A stretch of DNA of 53,118 nt from Candidatus Gottesmanbacteria bacterium (GCA_963790805.1 CAWBPL010000002.1:770696-823813); one strand, 5' to 3'. Positions 37,053-46,925 are shown, counted from the first letter of the stretch. Translations and numbers: made by a program. The notes: generated by a model not told the origin, from the sequence alone.

Positions 37053-38636
37053 ATGTCGATTAGAACAAGAACGTTACTCATGGCAGGTGTTACCATCCTC
37101 GGTCTTCTGTTGACGGTGTCCTTTATTTCCGCTCGGATCCTACTGGATGGTGTCAACAGGTTAGAAGCGAAATGGGTTGAAACGAATACACAACGAGTGA
37201 ATGAAGCGATACGTTCTCAATTAGAGTATTTTCGGACGAAAACGGCGGATTGGGCCTATTGGGACGATTCGTATAACTTTATACTCACCCATGATCCGAC
37301 ATACGTTTCGACAAATCTAGTGCCGGTTTCATTTGTGAACATGAAAGTTGACAGCATTATCTATCTCGATAATAAAAATCGTACTGTGTATGCAAAATCA
37401 TATGATCCGGAAACACAATCTACGTCCACAGTGTCGGCCAATTTAATTGAGGATGCGCGGCAAATAAACAACCAGTTGTTGGCGGCTCCCATGGGGACCG
37501 ATGTGACGGGGCTTATTCTTCTTCCTGAAGGACCCACGTATATTTCAGCGCGCCAGATATTACATAGCGACAACACAGGGCCAGCCGTCGGGATCTTATT
37601 GTTCTCTGAAAGTATAGATAAAGAAGAAATAAAGCGTCTTGCCAGTGTAACCAAGACACAACTTGAAGCATACCGGCTGGATGAACCGATGCCTCCTTCT
37701 GATCAGCACATGGTTCAGGTATTGAAGAGTAAACCATTTGCTTTAATGGATCTCAGTGGGACTCAGGTTGCCGGTTTTACCATGCAAAAAGATGTAAACA
37801 GTAAAAACATAATGCTTTTAGACGTTATCCAGAGCCGTGATTACTACACGGAAGGCGTCCGTGATGTAAAAATTTTACTGGTTGGATTCGGGGCTGTCGG
37901 CTTGGTCTTTTTGATCATTGTATTGATTGCGCTTGAGCGTTTTGTTCTTTCGCCTCTCGTGAGACTTCGGGTTGATGTTGATCGAATATCGGAAAGCGGA
38001 GATTTGCGCGAGCGGCTCACGGATGAAGGATCAAACGATGAATTTGGGGTGCTCACGCGGGACCTCAATAAAATGCTTCAATCGCTGGAATATTCCCAGC
38101 GGTTACTGAAAACCGAACGCGAACGTTCGAAGACGTATGTGAACGTTGTTGGGGTCATTATGATAACACTTTCACCCTCAGGTACTGTGACATTTATAAA
38201 CAAACGGGCATCAGAGGTTCTTGAAGTATCCCAAACTGATGCGATGGGGAAAAACTGGTTTGATACATTTATTCCTGAAAACGAGCGGGCAAAGATGAAA
38301 GACATTTTTGCTCATGTGCTGCAGACGAAAACCGATGAGTATATCCTGCATGAAAATGAAGTCATCACCAAAAGCGGGAAACTGCGCCTGATTCCTTGGC
38401 GCAACGTCGTGATCCGAAATGAAAGCGGAGTGGTTATTGAGGTCTTAAGTAGCGGCGAGGACATCACGGATACGAAAGAGTCTCGGGAAAAAGCTTTTGC
38501 GCATGCACAGGAACTGGAACAACTGAACCAGATGATGGTCGGCCGCGAGCTGAAGATGACGGAGCTTAAAAGTCAGATTAGCGCAAAGGAGAAAGAGATC
38601 AGTGAATTAAAAGCAAAACTGGGAATTACATCATAA
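37053..38636 (+). CDS. CHASE4-HAMP-PAS sensor lacking a kinase domain
   Basis: DWAYWDDSYNF (CHASE4), PLVRL...DEFGVLTRDLNKML (HAMP), a PAS domain, then a VGRELKM coiled coil and stop. Confidence 0.85.
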   Translation: MSIRTRTLLMAGVTILGLLLTVSFISARILLDGVNRLEAKWVETNTQRVNEAIRSQLEYFRTKTADWAYWDDSYNFILTHDPTYVSTNLVPVSFVNMKVDSIIYLDNKNRTVYAKSYDPETQSTSTVSANLIEDARQINNQLLAAPMGTDVTGLILLPEGPTYISARQILHSDNTGPAVGILLFSESIDKEEIKRLASVTKTQLEAYRLDEPMPPSDQHMVQVLKSKPFALMDLSGTQVAGFTMQKDVNSKNIMLLDVIQSRDYYTEGVRDVKILLVGFGAVGLVFLIIVLIALERFVLSPLVRLRVDVDRISESGDLRERLTDEGSNDEFGVLTRDLNKMLQSLEYSQRLLKTERERSKTYVNVVGVIMITLSPSGTVTFINKRASEVLEVSQTDAMGKNWFDTFIPENERAKMKDIFAHVLQTKTDEYILHENEVITKSGKLRLIPWRNVVIRNESGVVIEVLSSGEDITDTKESREKAFAHAQELEQLNQMMVGRELKMTELKSQISAKEKEISELKAKLGITS

Positions 38637-38638
38637 GT

Positions 38639-40258
38639 ATGGATACCGTTCGATTTCAGGAAATTATTGCTCACATTCCGGATGTCATAACGATCATAAG
38701 TCCCGAAGGAAAAATTTTGTTTGACAGCGATGCTGTCACGGCTGTATACGGGTATGCAAAAGATGAACAGCTTGGAAAAAACGTATTAAACTATGTTCAT
38801 CCTCTTGATTTGCCGAACATCGTAACGCTCCTTTCCGAAGTGCTGCAAAATCCCGCCAAGGTATATACCGTACAGTTGCGGTATAAACACAAAAACGGTT
38901 CGTGGCTACTTATCGAGATTAACGCATCGTATTTGTCGAGTATAGCCGGTTTTAACGGACTTTTGATTGTTTCGCGCGACATTTCTTCGACCCGGCGCGT
39001 TGACAACACAACGCTGATGCTTGAAAAAGCTGTTGAATCGGCAGGGGAAGTCATATTTATTACGGATGTCAAGGGCACATTTACGTACGTCAATCCGCAA
39101 TTCAGCGCAGTGTACGGGTTTACGTCAGAAGAGGTCTGCGGCAAGGTTACCCCTCGCGTCATAAAAAGCGGGAAGCATGCGAAAGAAGTATACGAACAAT
39201 TTTGGAAAACGCTCCTCAACAAAAAAATTGTTTCGGGAGAAATTGTGAACAAACAGAAATCCGGAACGCTTGTGACGGTTGAAGGATCATCAAGTGCGAT
39301 CGTAGATGATAAAGGCAATATATTAGGGTTTTTAGCCATCCAACGGGATATTTCAGCCCGCAAAAAACTGGAGCAGGATTTGATGACGTATAAATTGGCT
39401 CTTGAACATGCGACGAATCATATTGTAATTACCGATCCAGACGGGACGATTCTGTTCGCCAACAAAGGTGTTGAGAACATTACGGGATTTTCCAAGGAGG
39501 AAGTGATTGGTAAGACGCCGCGGTTGTGGGGCCGTCAGATGGATAAAGAGTTTTATGAAGCTTTCTGGCACATGATCAAAGACGAGCGCAAACCGTTTAC
39601 AGGGGAGCTGCGCAATAAAAGGAAAAACGGAGAAGTGTATTGGGCCACCGCTTCGGTGTCTCCGATTGTAGACAACGGTGAGCTTAAGGGATTTGTCGGC
39701 GTTGAAGAGGACATTACTGAGCGAAAAAATGCCCTAAAAGCGCTTGAGGACAGCGAAGAGCGATTTGAGGCTTTCATGCAAAAAAGTCCTTCACATGCAT
39801 GGATGAAAGATACAACATCCCGGCATGTTTATGTCAATGAAACATACTGTAAATTTTTTCAAGTCACTCCTGAATATATGAAAACGAAAACAGATTATGA
39901 TCTCTATCCAAAAGATACTGCAGACATTCTGCACGCGCATGATTTACAGGTTATTGCAGCCGGTAAGCCGATGGAATTTGAGGAATGGAAGCCGTCTCCA
40001 AGCGGCGAAAAGCACGTATGGTCGGTGTATAAATTTCCCTTTACGGATGCTTCAGGACAGGAAATGGTGGGTGGTTTGGCAATAGATATCACAGAGAGAA
40101 AGAAATCAGAGCAGGCGTTTCAGGAACACAGGGAGGAATTAGAGAAGATGAATGCGCTTATGGTCGGACGTGAATTGAAGATGGTAGAACTCAAAAATCA
40201 GATGGAAGCCCAAGCCAAAGAAATCAGCGAGTTGAAATCGAAGCTTCGGCAGACGTAA
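38639..40258 (+). CDS. Cytoplasmic 4xPAS/PAC protein lacking a kinase domain
   Basis: Four PAS repeats ending RDIS/EDITE/DITE, then a VGRELKM coiled coil and stop. Confidence 0.85.
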   Translation: MDTVRFQEIIAHIPDVITIISPEGKILFDSDAVTAVYGYAKDEQLGKNVLNYVHPLDLPNIVTLLSEVLQNPAKVYTVQLRYKHKNGSWLLIEINASYLSSIAGFNGLLIVSRDISSTRRVDNTTLMLEKAVESAGEVIFITDVKGTFTYVNPQFSAVYGFTSEEVCGKVTPRVIKSGKHAKEVYEQFWKTLLNKKIVSGEIVNKQKSGTLVTVEGSSSAIVDDKGNILGFLAIQRDISARKKLEQDLMTYKLALEHATNHIVITDPDGTILFANKGVENITGFSKEEVIGKTPRLWGRQMDKEFYEAFWHMIKDERKPFTGELRNKRKNGEVYWATASVSPIVDNGELKGFVGVEEDITERKNALKALEDSEERFEAFMQKSPSHAWMKDTTSRHVYVNETYCKFFQVTPEYMKTKTDYDLYPKDTADILHAHDLQVIAAGKPMEFEEWKPSPSGEKHVWSVYKFPFTDASGQEMVGGLAIDITERKKSEQAFQEHREELEKMNALMVGRELKMVELKNQMEAQAKEISELKSKLRQT

Positions 40259-40273
40259 CGCAGCATAGACAAT

Positions 40274-42964
40274 ATGGATACACTACTCAACATTTTTCCT
40301 AACCCCTACGCAATCGTATTTTTTGCGATATTCGTCGCCAATGTCCTCTTTGCGGGTTACGTGTATTCCAAGAGAGGATCATCTAACGAACGCACTATTT
40401 TCTGGTTTTCATTCATGATGCTTGTAAGCAGCGGTTGGGCGCTCGGGCAATTCGGCATGTCTTTTGCAACAACCGCAGCACCATACGGACTTTGGTATTC
40501 GTTCACGGAATTAGCGGTGGCCTTTCTTATGCCGGTGTATGTGTGTTTTGTGCTGTCGTTCGTCGGAAAGGGAAAGGTGATCGCGCGGTTTGATTTTATG
40601 GCATTCGTTTTAGGGACGACTGCCGCGTTACTCTATGTCTATTGGAGAACTGACATTATCACCATCCACAATTTTGCGCTTGCTATCAAAATGCCGTGGG
40701 GGTATGAGTACCCGCGCGGTCCGGTTCCATGGGATCTCTTCGTTATCGGGTCGTATGTCTGTTATATGCTTTTTGAACTTTTCTCCTATTACGCCGGCGT
40801 GAAAGATCCGGTAAAAAAGCATCAGATCGGGCTTATCACCTTGGCGATCATGATTCCCAGTGTTGGTGGTATTATTTTTCAGGGAGTCCTCCCTGTGTTT
40901 TTTAAAGTCGCGGAGTTACCGGTTACGCCGCCACTTATTTTTCTGACAAGTATTATTGTGGGGTATACGCTTATTCGCTATGGTACAGGAGTTTTTTCTC
41001 TCACTGAAGCGTCCGTGGATATATTGCAAATGATTCCGGATTCGCTTTTCATATTGGATCCTTCCTTGCATATTCAGATGGCAAATCCCTCAGCTGCGAA
41101 ACTTTTGGGGGTTCGCGTTGAAGAACTCAGCGGAAGAACGCTTGATAGTTTTCTCGGTTCTGATGCTGATAAAGTTTTTTGGCGGGAAAAAATTGTTGAT
41201 CCGCTGACCCACTGGCGTGAGGTCAAAAACGTAGAAATAACGTTTCCGGGTGCGGCAGGCGTCACCTCTCCGGTGAGAATTCATGCTATTGCCCATCGTG
41301 AGAAAGATAAAGTTGTGAGCATTATTATGCTTCTTACTGATATTTCCGTCATAAAAGAAAATGAACAGAAAGTGTTAACAACGGTGCAGCGTACGCAGGA
41401 GCAAAACGTGCTTTTGGAGCAAAACAAAAAAGCGATGCTTAATCTTCTTGAGGATTCGCGGGAGCTTGAGGGCGAACTAAAGTCGGAGCGCGATCGGGCC
41501 AATACAATTGTTAACTCTATGAGTGAGGGGCTGTTTGTGGTTGACAAGAATTACCGCATTACACTGATCAATCCGACGGCGGAGAGAATTTTTGAACTAT
41601 CTGGTAAAAATGCGGTCGGTCAGACTCTACCGTCTGTTACGACTGTTTTAAAGGAAGGAAAAGTATTGCCAGATGCGGAGCGGCCGGTCATGCGGACGCT
41701 TACCACAGGAGAGTCCATGGTTCTCGGTCTGGAGGATGATTACCAGCTTAAGTCCGTAAGCGGAAGGGTGTTTCCTGCGTCTATATCGACCGCCGCACTC
41801 AAGCAGGGAGATAAAATAATCGGTGCGCTTGTGACATTTCACGATATTTCAAAAGACAAAGAGGTGAAAGAGACTATAGAAAAAACCGTCGATGAGCGTA
41901 CCCGCGAGCTGAAAGAGGAACAGGCGCGGCTCACGGCTTCCATCAACAGCTTGGAGCTCGGATTTATGCTGACAGACGCGAGCGGCCGTATTTTCTCGAA
42001 AAATCCGGCTCTCGGGAGCATCCTCAACTTACCGTGGGGTGTCAAAACTCTGGAAGAGATAGATGCATCTCTAAAAGCCTCGTTTTCATTTACGGCAATG
42101 TACAATCAGGCGCGCAACGAGCATCGACCTGTTGATTTAAAAAACTTAGCGTTCGAAGCGAAAAATATCGCCGTATTCGCGGCACCGATTTATGTGGGCG
42201 GAAGAGATGAAGACTTCATCGGTTTGGTTATTCTTGTTCAGGATCAGACTGAGGCAAAGGTATTGGAGCGTTCGCGCGATGAATTTTTCTCTATAGCGTC
42301 GCATGAATTGCGAACGCCTTTAACCGCCATCCGCGGCAACACGTCGCTTATTCAGGAGCACTACAGCGATAAACTGGATCCCGAGCTCAAGGAGATGGTA
42401 AACGACATTTATGAAAGCAGCGTCAGGCTTATCGATATCGTGAACGACTTTTTGAATATGGGTAGGCTTGAGCAGCAGCGGTTTACCTTTAAAAATGAAG
42501 CGTTCGGTATGGAAGATCTCATTTCTGATGCTCTGAAAGAATATCAGGTGACGGGATCCCGGCAACACCTGTCACTCGATTTTGAGAAACCTTCTGAGTC
42601 GCTTCCGAAGGCATTCGCTGATAAAGAGCGCATCCGGCAAGTTGTTGTGAATCTTATCGGAAACAGTCTGAAGTTTACCGAGAACGGCGGAGTGAAGGTT
42701 AAAACAAAGCAGAATAACGGGATGATTGAGGTGTATGTATCCGATACCGGTCGGGGAATACCATTGCAAAATCAGTCGCTCTTATTTCATAAATTCCAGC
42801 AGGCGGGAGAGAGTCTATTCACCCGTGACACAACAAGAGGAACGGGTCTGGGGTTATATATTTCAAAACTCATGATAGAGGCTATGGGCGGAAAAATCTG
42901 GTTAGTGAGTTCCGAGGAAGGTAAAGGATCAACGTTCGCATTTAGTATACCGGTTGCCCGATAA
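40274..42964 (+). CDS. 7TM-PAS-PAS sensor histidine kinase
   Basis: About 7 TM N-terminus, PAS domains, H-box FFSIASHELRTPL, N-box NLIGNSLKFT, and DTGRGI / GTGLGL G-boxes. Confidence 0.95.
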   Translation: MDTLLNIFPNPYAIVFFAIFVANVLFAGYVYSKRGSSNERTIFWFSFMMLVSSGWALGQFGMSFATTAAPYGLWYSFTELAVAFLMPVYVCFVLSFVGKGKVIARFDFMAFVLGTTAALLYVYWRTDIITIHNFALAIKMPWGYEYPRGPVPWDLFVIGSYVCYMLFELFSYYAGVKDPVKKHQIGLITLAIMIPSVGGIIFQGVLPVFFKVAELPVTPPLIFLTSIIVGYTLIRYGTGVFSLTEASVDILQMIPDSLFILDPSLHIQMANPSAAKLLGVRVEELSGRTLDSFLGSDADKVFWREKIVDPLTHWREVKNVEITFPGAAGVTSPVRIHAIAHREKDKVVSIIMLLTDISVIKENEQKVLTTVQRTQEQNVLLEQNKKAMLNLLEDSRELEGELKSERDRANTIVNSMSEGLFVVDKNYRITLINPTAERIFELSGKNAVGQTLPSVTTVLKEGKVLPDAERPVMRTLTTGESMVLGLEDDYQLKSVSGRVFPASISTAALKQGDKIIGALVTFHDISKDKEVKETIEKTVDERTRELKEEQARLTASINSLELGFMLTDASGRIFSKNPALGSILNLPWGVKTLEEIDASLKASFSFTAMYNQARNEHRPVDLKNLAFEAKNIAVFAAPIYVGGRDEDFIGLVILVQDQTEAKVLERSRDEFFSIASHELRTPLTAIRGNTSLIQEHYSDKLDPELKEMVNDIYESSVRLIDIVNDFLNMGRLEQQRFTFKNEAFGMEDLISDALKEYQVTGSRQHLSLDFEKPSESLPKAFADKERIRQVVVNLIGNSLKFTENGGVKVKTKQNNGMIEVYVSDTGRGIPLQNQSLLFHKFQQAGESLFTRDTTRGTGLGLYISKLMIEAMGGKIWLVSSEEGKGSTFAFSIPVAR

Positions 42965-43017
42965 AGGGTAAGGGCCCTTGCAAGAGGGGGCGGAAGGTAT
43001 TAATGTAGGATTATACA

Positions 43018-43428
43018 ATGAATAAAACACTTCTTATCATCGAAGACGATCCGTATGTTCAGCGGTATTTTAAGCGGTTGTTTGAAGCAGAGCATTATGT
43101 ATTTGAGATTGTCGGCAGTGGAGAAGAGGGGATAACCCGTGCCAAAGCGCTGCAACCGGCTCTGATTCTTTTGGATGTTATGATGCCGGTCGTGAACGGT
43201 TTTCAGGTACTTGCGATGCTGAAAAACAATCCGAATACCAAGGATTTACACATTGTGATGTTGTCTAATTTTGGTGATGATGAAGCTGTTGCCAAGGCAA
43301 AAGCGCTTGGAGCGCGTGATTTTCTTATCAAATCCGATACTCCGCCGGAAGAACTGGTGCGCCGAATTGAAACATACTTGAAGGAGTCCGACAAGAACGA
43401 TATACTCAAGACAGCAGAGAATTCATAA
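43018..43428 (+). CDS. Single-domain response regulator (REC)
   Basis: LLIIEDD, ILLDVMMP..NG, MLSN and FLIKS motifs. Confidence 0.93.
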   Translation: MNKTLLIIEDDPYVQRYFKRLFEAEHYVFEIVGSGEEGITRAKALQPALILLDVMMPVVNGFQVLAMLKNNPNTKDLHIVMLSNFGDDEAVAKAKALGARDFLIKSDTPPEELVRRIETYLKESDKNDILKTAENS

Positions 43429-43437
43429 TTATTTTTT

Positions 43438-43836
43438 ATGGCAAAAACAATTCTCATCGTCGAAGATGATCCCCTGATGAACAGGATGTATCAGAAAATT
43501 TTTAAGTTTGAACAGTATGACGTTCAGACAGCAACAAACGGGGAAGAGGGCTTAGATAAGGTTCGACAGCTAAAGCCAACCGTTATACTTCTTGACATCA
43601 TGATGCCCAAAATGAACGGTCTTCAGGTTTTGGATAAGCTTAAAAGCGATCCGGAAGTTAAAAATATTCCTGTTATCATGCTTACCAACTTAGCCGGCGA
43701 AAAAGATGCTGAGACGGCGCTTCTCAAAGGTGCGGTAAAGTATATCGTCAAAAGCGAGCACGACCCTAAACAGGTTGTCAACGTGGTTAAAGAGATTATA
43801 GCGGCACACTCCAGGGATGATGTGCCGGGGAGTTAG
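43438..43836 (+). CDS. Single-domain response regulator (REC)
   Basis: ILIVEDD, LLDIMMPKMNG, MLTN and YIVKS motifs. Confidence 0.93.
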   Translation: MAKTILIVEDDPLMNRMYQKIFKFEQYDVQTATNGEEGLDKVRQLKPTVILLDIMMPKMNGLQVLDKLKSDPEVKNIPVIMLTNLAGEKDAETALLKGAVKYIVKSEHDPKQVVNVVKEIIAAHSRDDVPGS

Positions 43837-43842
43837 ATATTC

Positions 43843-44526
43843 ATGCCTGCCAAAGCACCATCCAAGAAGTCATCCAAGCGAACGGTTAAAAAGATTGTTA
43901 AACCGCAGCCGGAGGTATCAGTACAGCCGGAAACACAAGCTCCTCAACCTCCTCCAGTGGAAGCCGCTCCTTCGCCTCATGTCGTAGAGCCGCCTCACCC
44001 GCCGGTCGCTGCGCCGGTAGCGGTTACGTCGACCGCGCAGGATCTGGAGCAATTTTTAGCCAGTGAACCGGAAGATGAAAAAGCAAATCGCGCCAACACA
44101 GTTCTTTTAGTTTTTGGAGCTCTTTTTGCCGGCATTATCATCGTTGCCTCCATTGCGGTTTTTATTATTTACACGCATTCATCAACGATTTTTGTTCCGA
44201 CGCTTTCCAACAAACCGGTGCCTACTCTCAGCCCGACGCCAACTGTATCGAAGTCGTCGATAACATTTGAAGTATTTAATGCAACCGGAGTATCGGGTCT
44301 CGCGGCAAAGGATGCGCAAGAGCTGACCAGTGCAGGGTATACCGTGTTAACTGTCGGGAGCAAAAAAAGACAGACTGCGACACAATTATTTGTTGCGGGT
44401 TCAGTTCCGGCGGCTTCGCTGAACGAGCTGCTTGCTGACACGAGCTCTCTCTTTTCGATCGCGAGCGTTACCGGAGTCCTCACGGATTCCACTGCCTCTG
44501 CCCGACTCATTTTGGGTGCCAAGTAA
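43843..44526 (+). CDS. Single-TM protein with LytR C-terminal domain
   Basis: Pro-rich N-terminus, one TM, PT linker, EVFNATGVSGLAAK...AGY and LILG motifs. Confidence 0.8.
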   Translation: MPAKAPSKKSSKRTVKKIVKPQPEVSVQPETQAPQPPPVEAAPSPHVVEPPHPPVAAPVAVTSTAQDLEQFLASEPEDEKANRANTVLLVFGALFAGIIIVASIAVFIIYTHSSTIFVPTLSNKPVPTLSPTPTVSKSSITFEVFNATGVSGLAAKDAQELTSAGYTVLTVGSKKRQTATQLFVAGSVPAASLNELLADTSSLFSIASVTGVLTDSTASARLILGAK

Positions 44527-44557
44527 CAAGATGCCCCAAACAGAGTATACTAGCCAC

Positions 44558-44785
44558 ATGATGAAGCGGATCATTTATGTTTTACAAAATGGATATGCAC
44601 GGTTAAAGAAAGTAAGCTATTTCGTCGGCAACCTTGTCTCGACCGTCATTTTTTCTTTGATATATATCCTCATTCTTCCGTGGTTTGCCTTTTTTGCAAA
44701 AAAATCCAAGCGGTCGAAGTTGACAAATTGGCACGCATGGTCGTTTCGGGAAGATACGGTTGAGGATTTGAGGAAACAATATTGA
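44558..44785 (+). CDS. SxtJ-like small membrane protein
   Basis: VGNLVSTVIFSLIYILILPW...DLRKQY* pattern, position before a carbamoyltransferase, and TATACT 6 nt upstream of the ATG. Confidence 0.6.
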   Translation: MMKRIIYVLQNGYARLKKVSYFVGNLVSTVIFSLIYILILPWFAFFAKKSKRSKLTNWHAWSFREDTVEDLRKQY

Positions 44786-44787
44786 GT

Positions 44788-44996
44788 TTGGTGCGCGGGA
44801 AGCTTTGCATTTTGCCCAGCACCGTCATTGCGCCGATCGCAATGAAATTGTTTTGTTCCGCTGCTCGCAATAGGCTGAACTGTTATTCGCCATATATTGT
44901 TTAGCTCGATCAAGCGAACTGCAACAATTTCACTCCGCTCGTCGCTGGAAGCACTGACGGATGCGCACAAACTGCAAAGCGACCAAAGCGCACCAA
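44788..44996 (-). repeat. Structured dispersed intergenic element, copy 2, with 9-bp terminal IR
   Basis: TTGGTGCGC 44788-44796 / GCGCACCAA 44988-44996, nested IRs, and homology to 20057-20306 in the opposite orientation. Confidence 0.8.
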
Positions 44997-45011
44997 GTAA
45001 AAGAGAAGTAT

Positions 45012-46679
45012 ATGAACATTTTGGGAATTTCCTGCCACTATCATGAGGCCGCGGCAGCTCTTCTTACCGACGGAAAAATCGTCGCGGCGGCGGCCGAGGA
45101 GCGGTTCACCCGAAAGAAACACGACCCTTCGTTTCCCGACCGAGCGATAGATTTTTGTTTAGCTCAGGCGAAACTTAGTGCAAAAGACACTGATTACGTC
45201 GCTTTTTATGAAAAGCCGCTCATCAAGTTTGAGCGCACTCTCACAGTCAGCATGACCGAATTTCCCCGCGGCCTCGGATTTTTTGTTGAGGGGATGAAAA
45301 ACGCATTCGCGGAAAAATTATGGATTCAATCGGCGATTATCAATAAACTGGATATACCGGCCCAGCGGATTTTTTTTGTTCCGCAGCACCTTTCACACGC
45401 AGCCGCCGCGTATTACCCTTCGCCGTTTCGCAAAAGTGCGTATGTGACGCTTGATGCGGTCGGAGAATGGACGACGGGAAGTTGGGGAGTGGGTAACGGT
45501 ATAAAACTTACTCCCAAAGCAGAGCTCAGATTTCCTCATTCCGTGGGGCTCCTGTACTCGACGTTCACTGCATATCTGGGGTTTGAAGTAAACGACGGAG
45601 AATTTAAAGTCATGGGCATGGCGGCCTATGGCAGACCAAAATACGCCGATCGCATTAAAAAACTGTACCGTCAATTCCCCGACGGATCGATTGAACTCAA
45701 TCTTCGTTATTTTGCATTTCACCATAGCAACAAACGCATGTATACGAAAGACTTTGAAGATCTGTTTGCCGGTTGCGACCGGTACGATTTGGGAGCCAGC
45801 ATTCAGAAATGCACCGAGGAAATCATTCTTCGCATGATGCGATATGTTCATACGCAAACGCATGAAGATAATCTGGTTTTTGGCGGAGGAGTGGCGTTAA
45901 ACAGCGTTGTGAATGGCTTAGTGACGCGGGAAACGCCGTTTAAACATCTGTTTATTTTTCCGGCTGCGGGGGATGACGGCGGGTCGGCCGGCGCCGCACT
46001 GTATGCGTATCACCACGTGTTGGAGAATGTCAATCGATGCCCGTTAACGCATGTATTTTTCGGGCCTCACTATACCAACGATACGATTCGTCAATATCTG
46101 GAAAATACGCACCTTCGCTATCGGCGCATGAGTGACACGATCCTTATAGATTTCATAGCAAACCAGTTAGCGCACGGAAAGATTGTCGGATGGTTTGAGG
46201 GACGATCGGAATTTGGTCCCAGAGCGCTTGGACACCGGTCGATTCTTGCTGATCCAAGAACCAAAGAAATGAAGGATATCGTGAATGCCCGGATAAAATT
46301 TCGGGAGGAATTTCGCCCGTTTGCACCGGTCGTATTGTCGCGATTTGCAAAGAAGTATTTTGATGTTACGGAAGATGCTCTTTCGCCCTATATGGTCGGG
46401 ACATTTAATGCCCTGCCAATCGCCCGAAAACAGGCGCCGGCAGTCGTTCATGAAGACGGAACGAGCCGGATTCAAACGGTAGACAAAAAAAAATACCCAG
46501 GCAGATATGCCAGACTTCTTGAGTCGTTTTACAAAAAAACCCGAGTTCCTGTTCTTTTGAATACTTCATTTAACCTGAAAGGCGAGCCGATCGTCGAGAC
46601 GCCTCATGATGCAATTTCAACCTTCGTGAGAAGCGGGCTGGATATACTTGTACTTGAAAATTTTATTCTGTCGAAGTAG
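45012..46679 (+). CDS. Carbamoyltransferase (NodU/CmcH/SxtI family)
   Basis: MNILGIS..HEAAAAL...EERFTRKKH, HLSHAAAAYY, GGVALN, EFGPRALGHRS, FRPFAP and LNTSFN motifs. Confidence 0.93.
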   Translation: MNILGISCHYHEAAAALLTDGKIVAAAAEERFTRKKHDPSFPDRAIDFCLAQAKLSAKDTDYVAFYEKPLIKFERTLTVSMTEFPRGLGFFVEGMKNAFAEKLWIQSAIINKLDIPAQRIFFVPQHLSHAAAAYYPSPFRKSAYVTLDAVGEWTTGSWGVGNGIKLTPKAELRFPHSVGLLYSTFTAYLGFEVNDGEFKVMGMAAYGRPKYADRIKKLYRQFPDGSIELNLRYFAFHHSNKRMYTKDFEDLFAGCDRYDLGASIQKCTEEIILRMMRYVHTQTHEDNLVFGGGVALNSVVNGLVTRETPFKHLFIFPAAGDDGGSAGAALYAYHHVLENVNRCPLTHVFFGPHYTNDTIRQYLENTHLRYRRMSDTILIDFIANQLAHGKIVGWFEGRSEFGPRALGHRSILADPRTKEMKDIVNARIKFREEFRPFAPVVLSRFAKKYFDVTEDALSPYMVGTFNALPIARKQAPAVVHEDGTSRIQTVDKKKYPGRYARLLESFYKKTRVPVLLNTSFNLKGEPIVETPHDAISTFVRSGLDILVLENFILSK

Positions 46680-46688
46680 TCTTCAAGT

Positions 46689-46871
46689 ATGAAGAAATTT
46701 GTGGCATCCTTAAAAAGCAAAGGCGGCACCATCAATGAGCTGTTCGCTTTTTTGTGGGAAAACAGGCTGTGGTGGATTATTCCGTTCGTCGTCATCATTA
46801 TTGCCGTTGGTATCCTTGTTGTATTAGCCCAAGCGTCACCAGTATCACCGTTTATTTATGCATTATTTTAA
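46689..46871 (+). CDS. DUF5989 / SxtK-like small membrane protein
   Basis: ELFAFLWENRLWWIIP...SPFIYALF*. Confidence 0.85.
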   Translation: MKKFVASLKSKGGTINELFAFLWENRLWWIIPFVVIIIAVGILVVLAQASPVSPFIYALF

Positions 46872-46925
46872 GAAGAGTCGTATAGCCACTTGCGTGACAG
46901 TCCAAACTGGCTATAATTGAATTCT

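Noticed and set aside
35450-38636. Frameshifted single kinase spanning the Cache and CHASE4 genes
   Set aside because: The downstream gene has its own N-terminal TM and a complete CHASE4-HAMP unit; the junction is a clean stop followed by a start.
44910-45011. N-terminal extension of the carbamoyltransferase (ORF start 44961)
   Set aside because: The extension lies inside the repeat element; family similarity starts at MNILGIS (45012).
44558-46871. Saxitoxin biosynthesis
   Set aside because: Only the sxtI/J/K-like trio is present; no sxtA PKS, amidinotransferase or other core genes.
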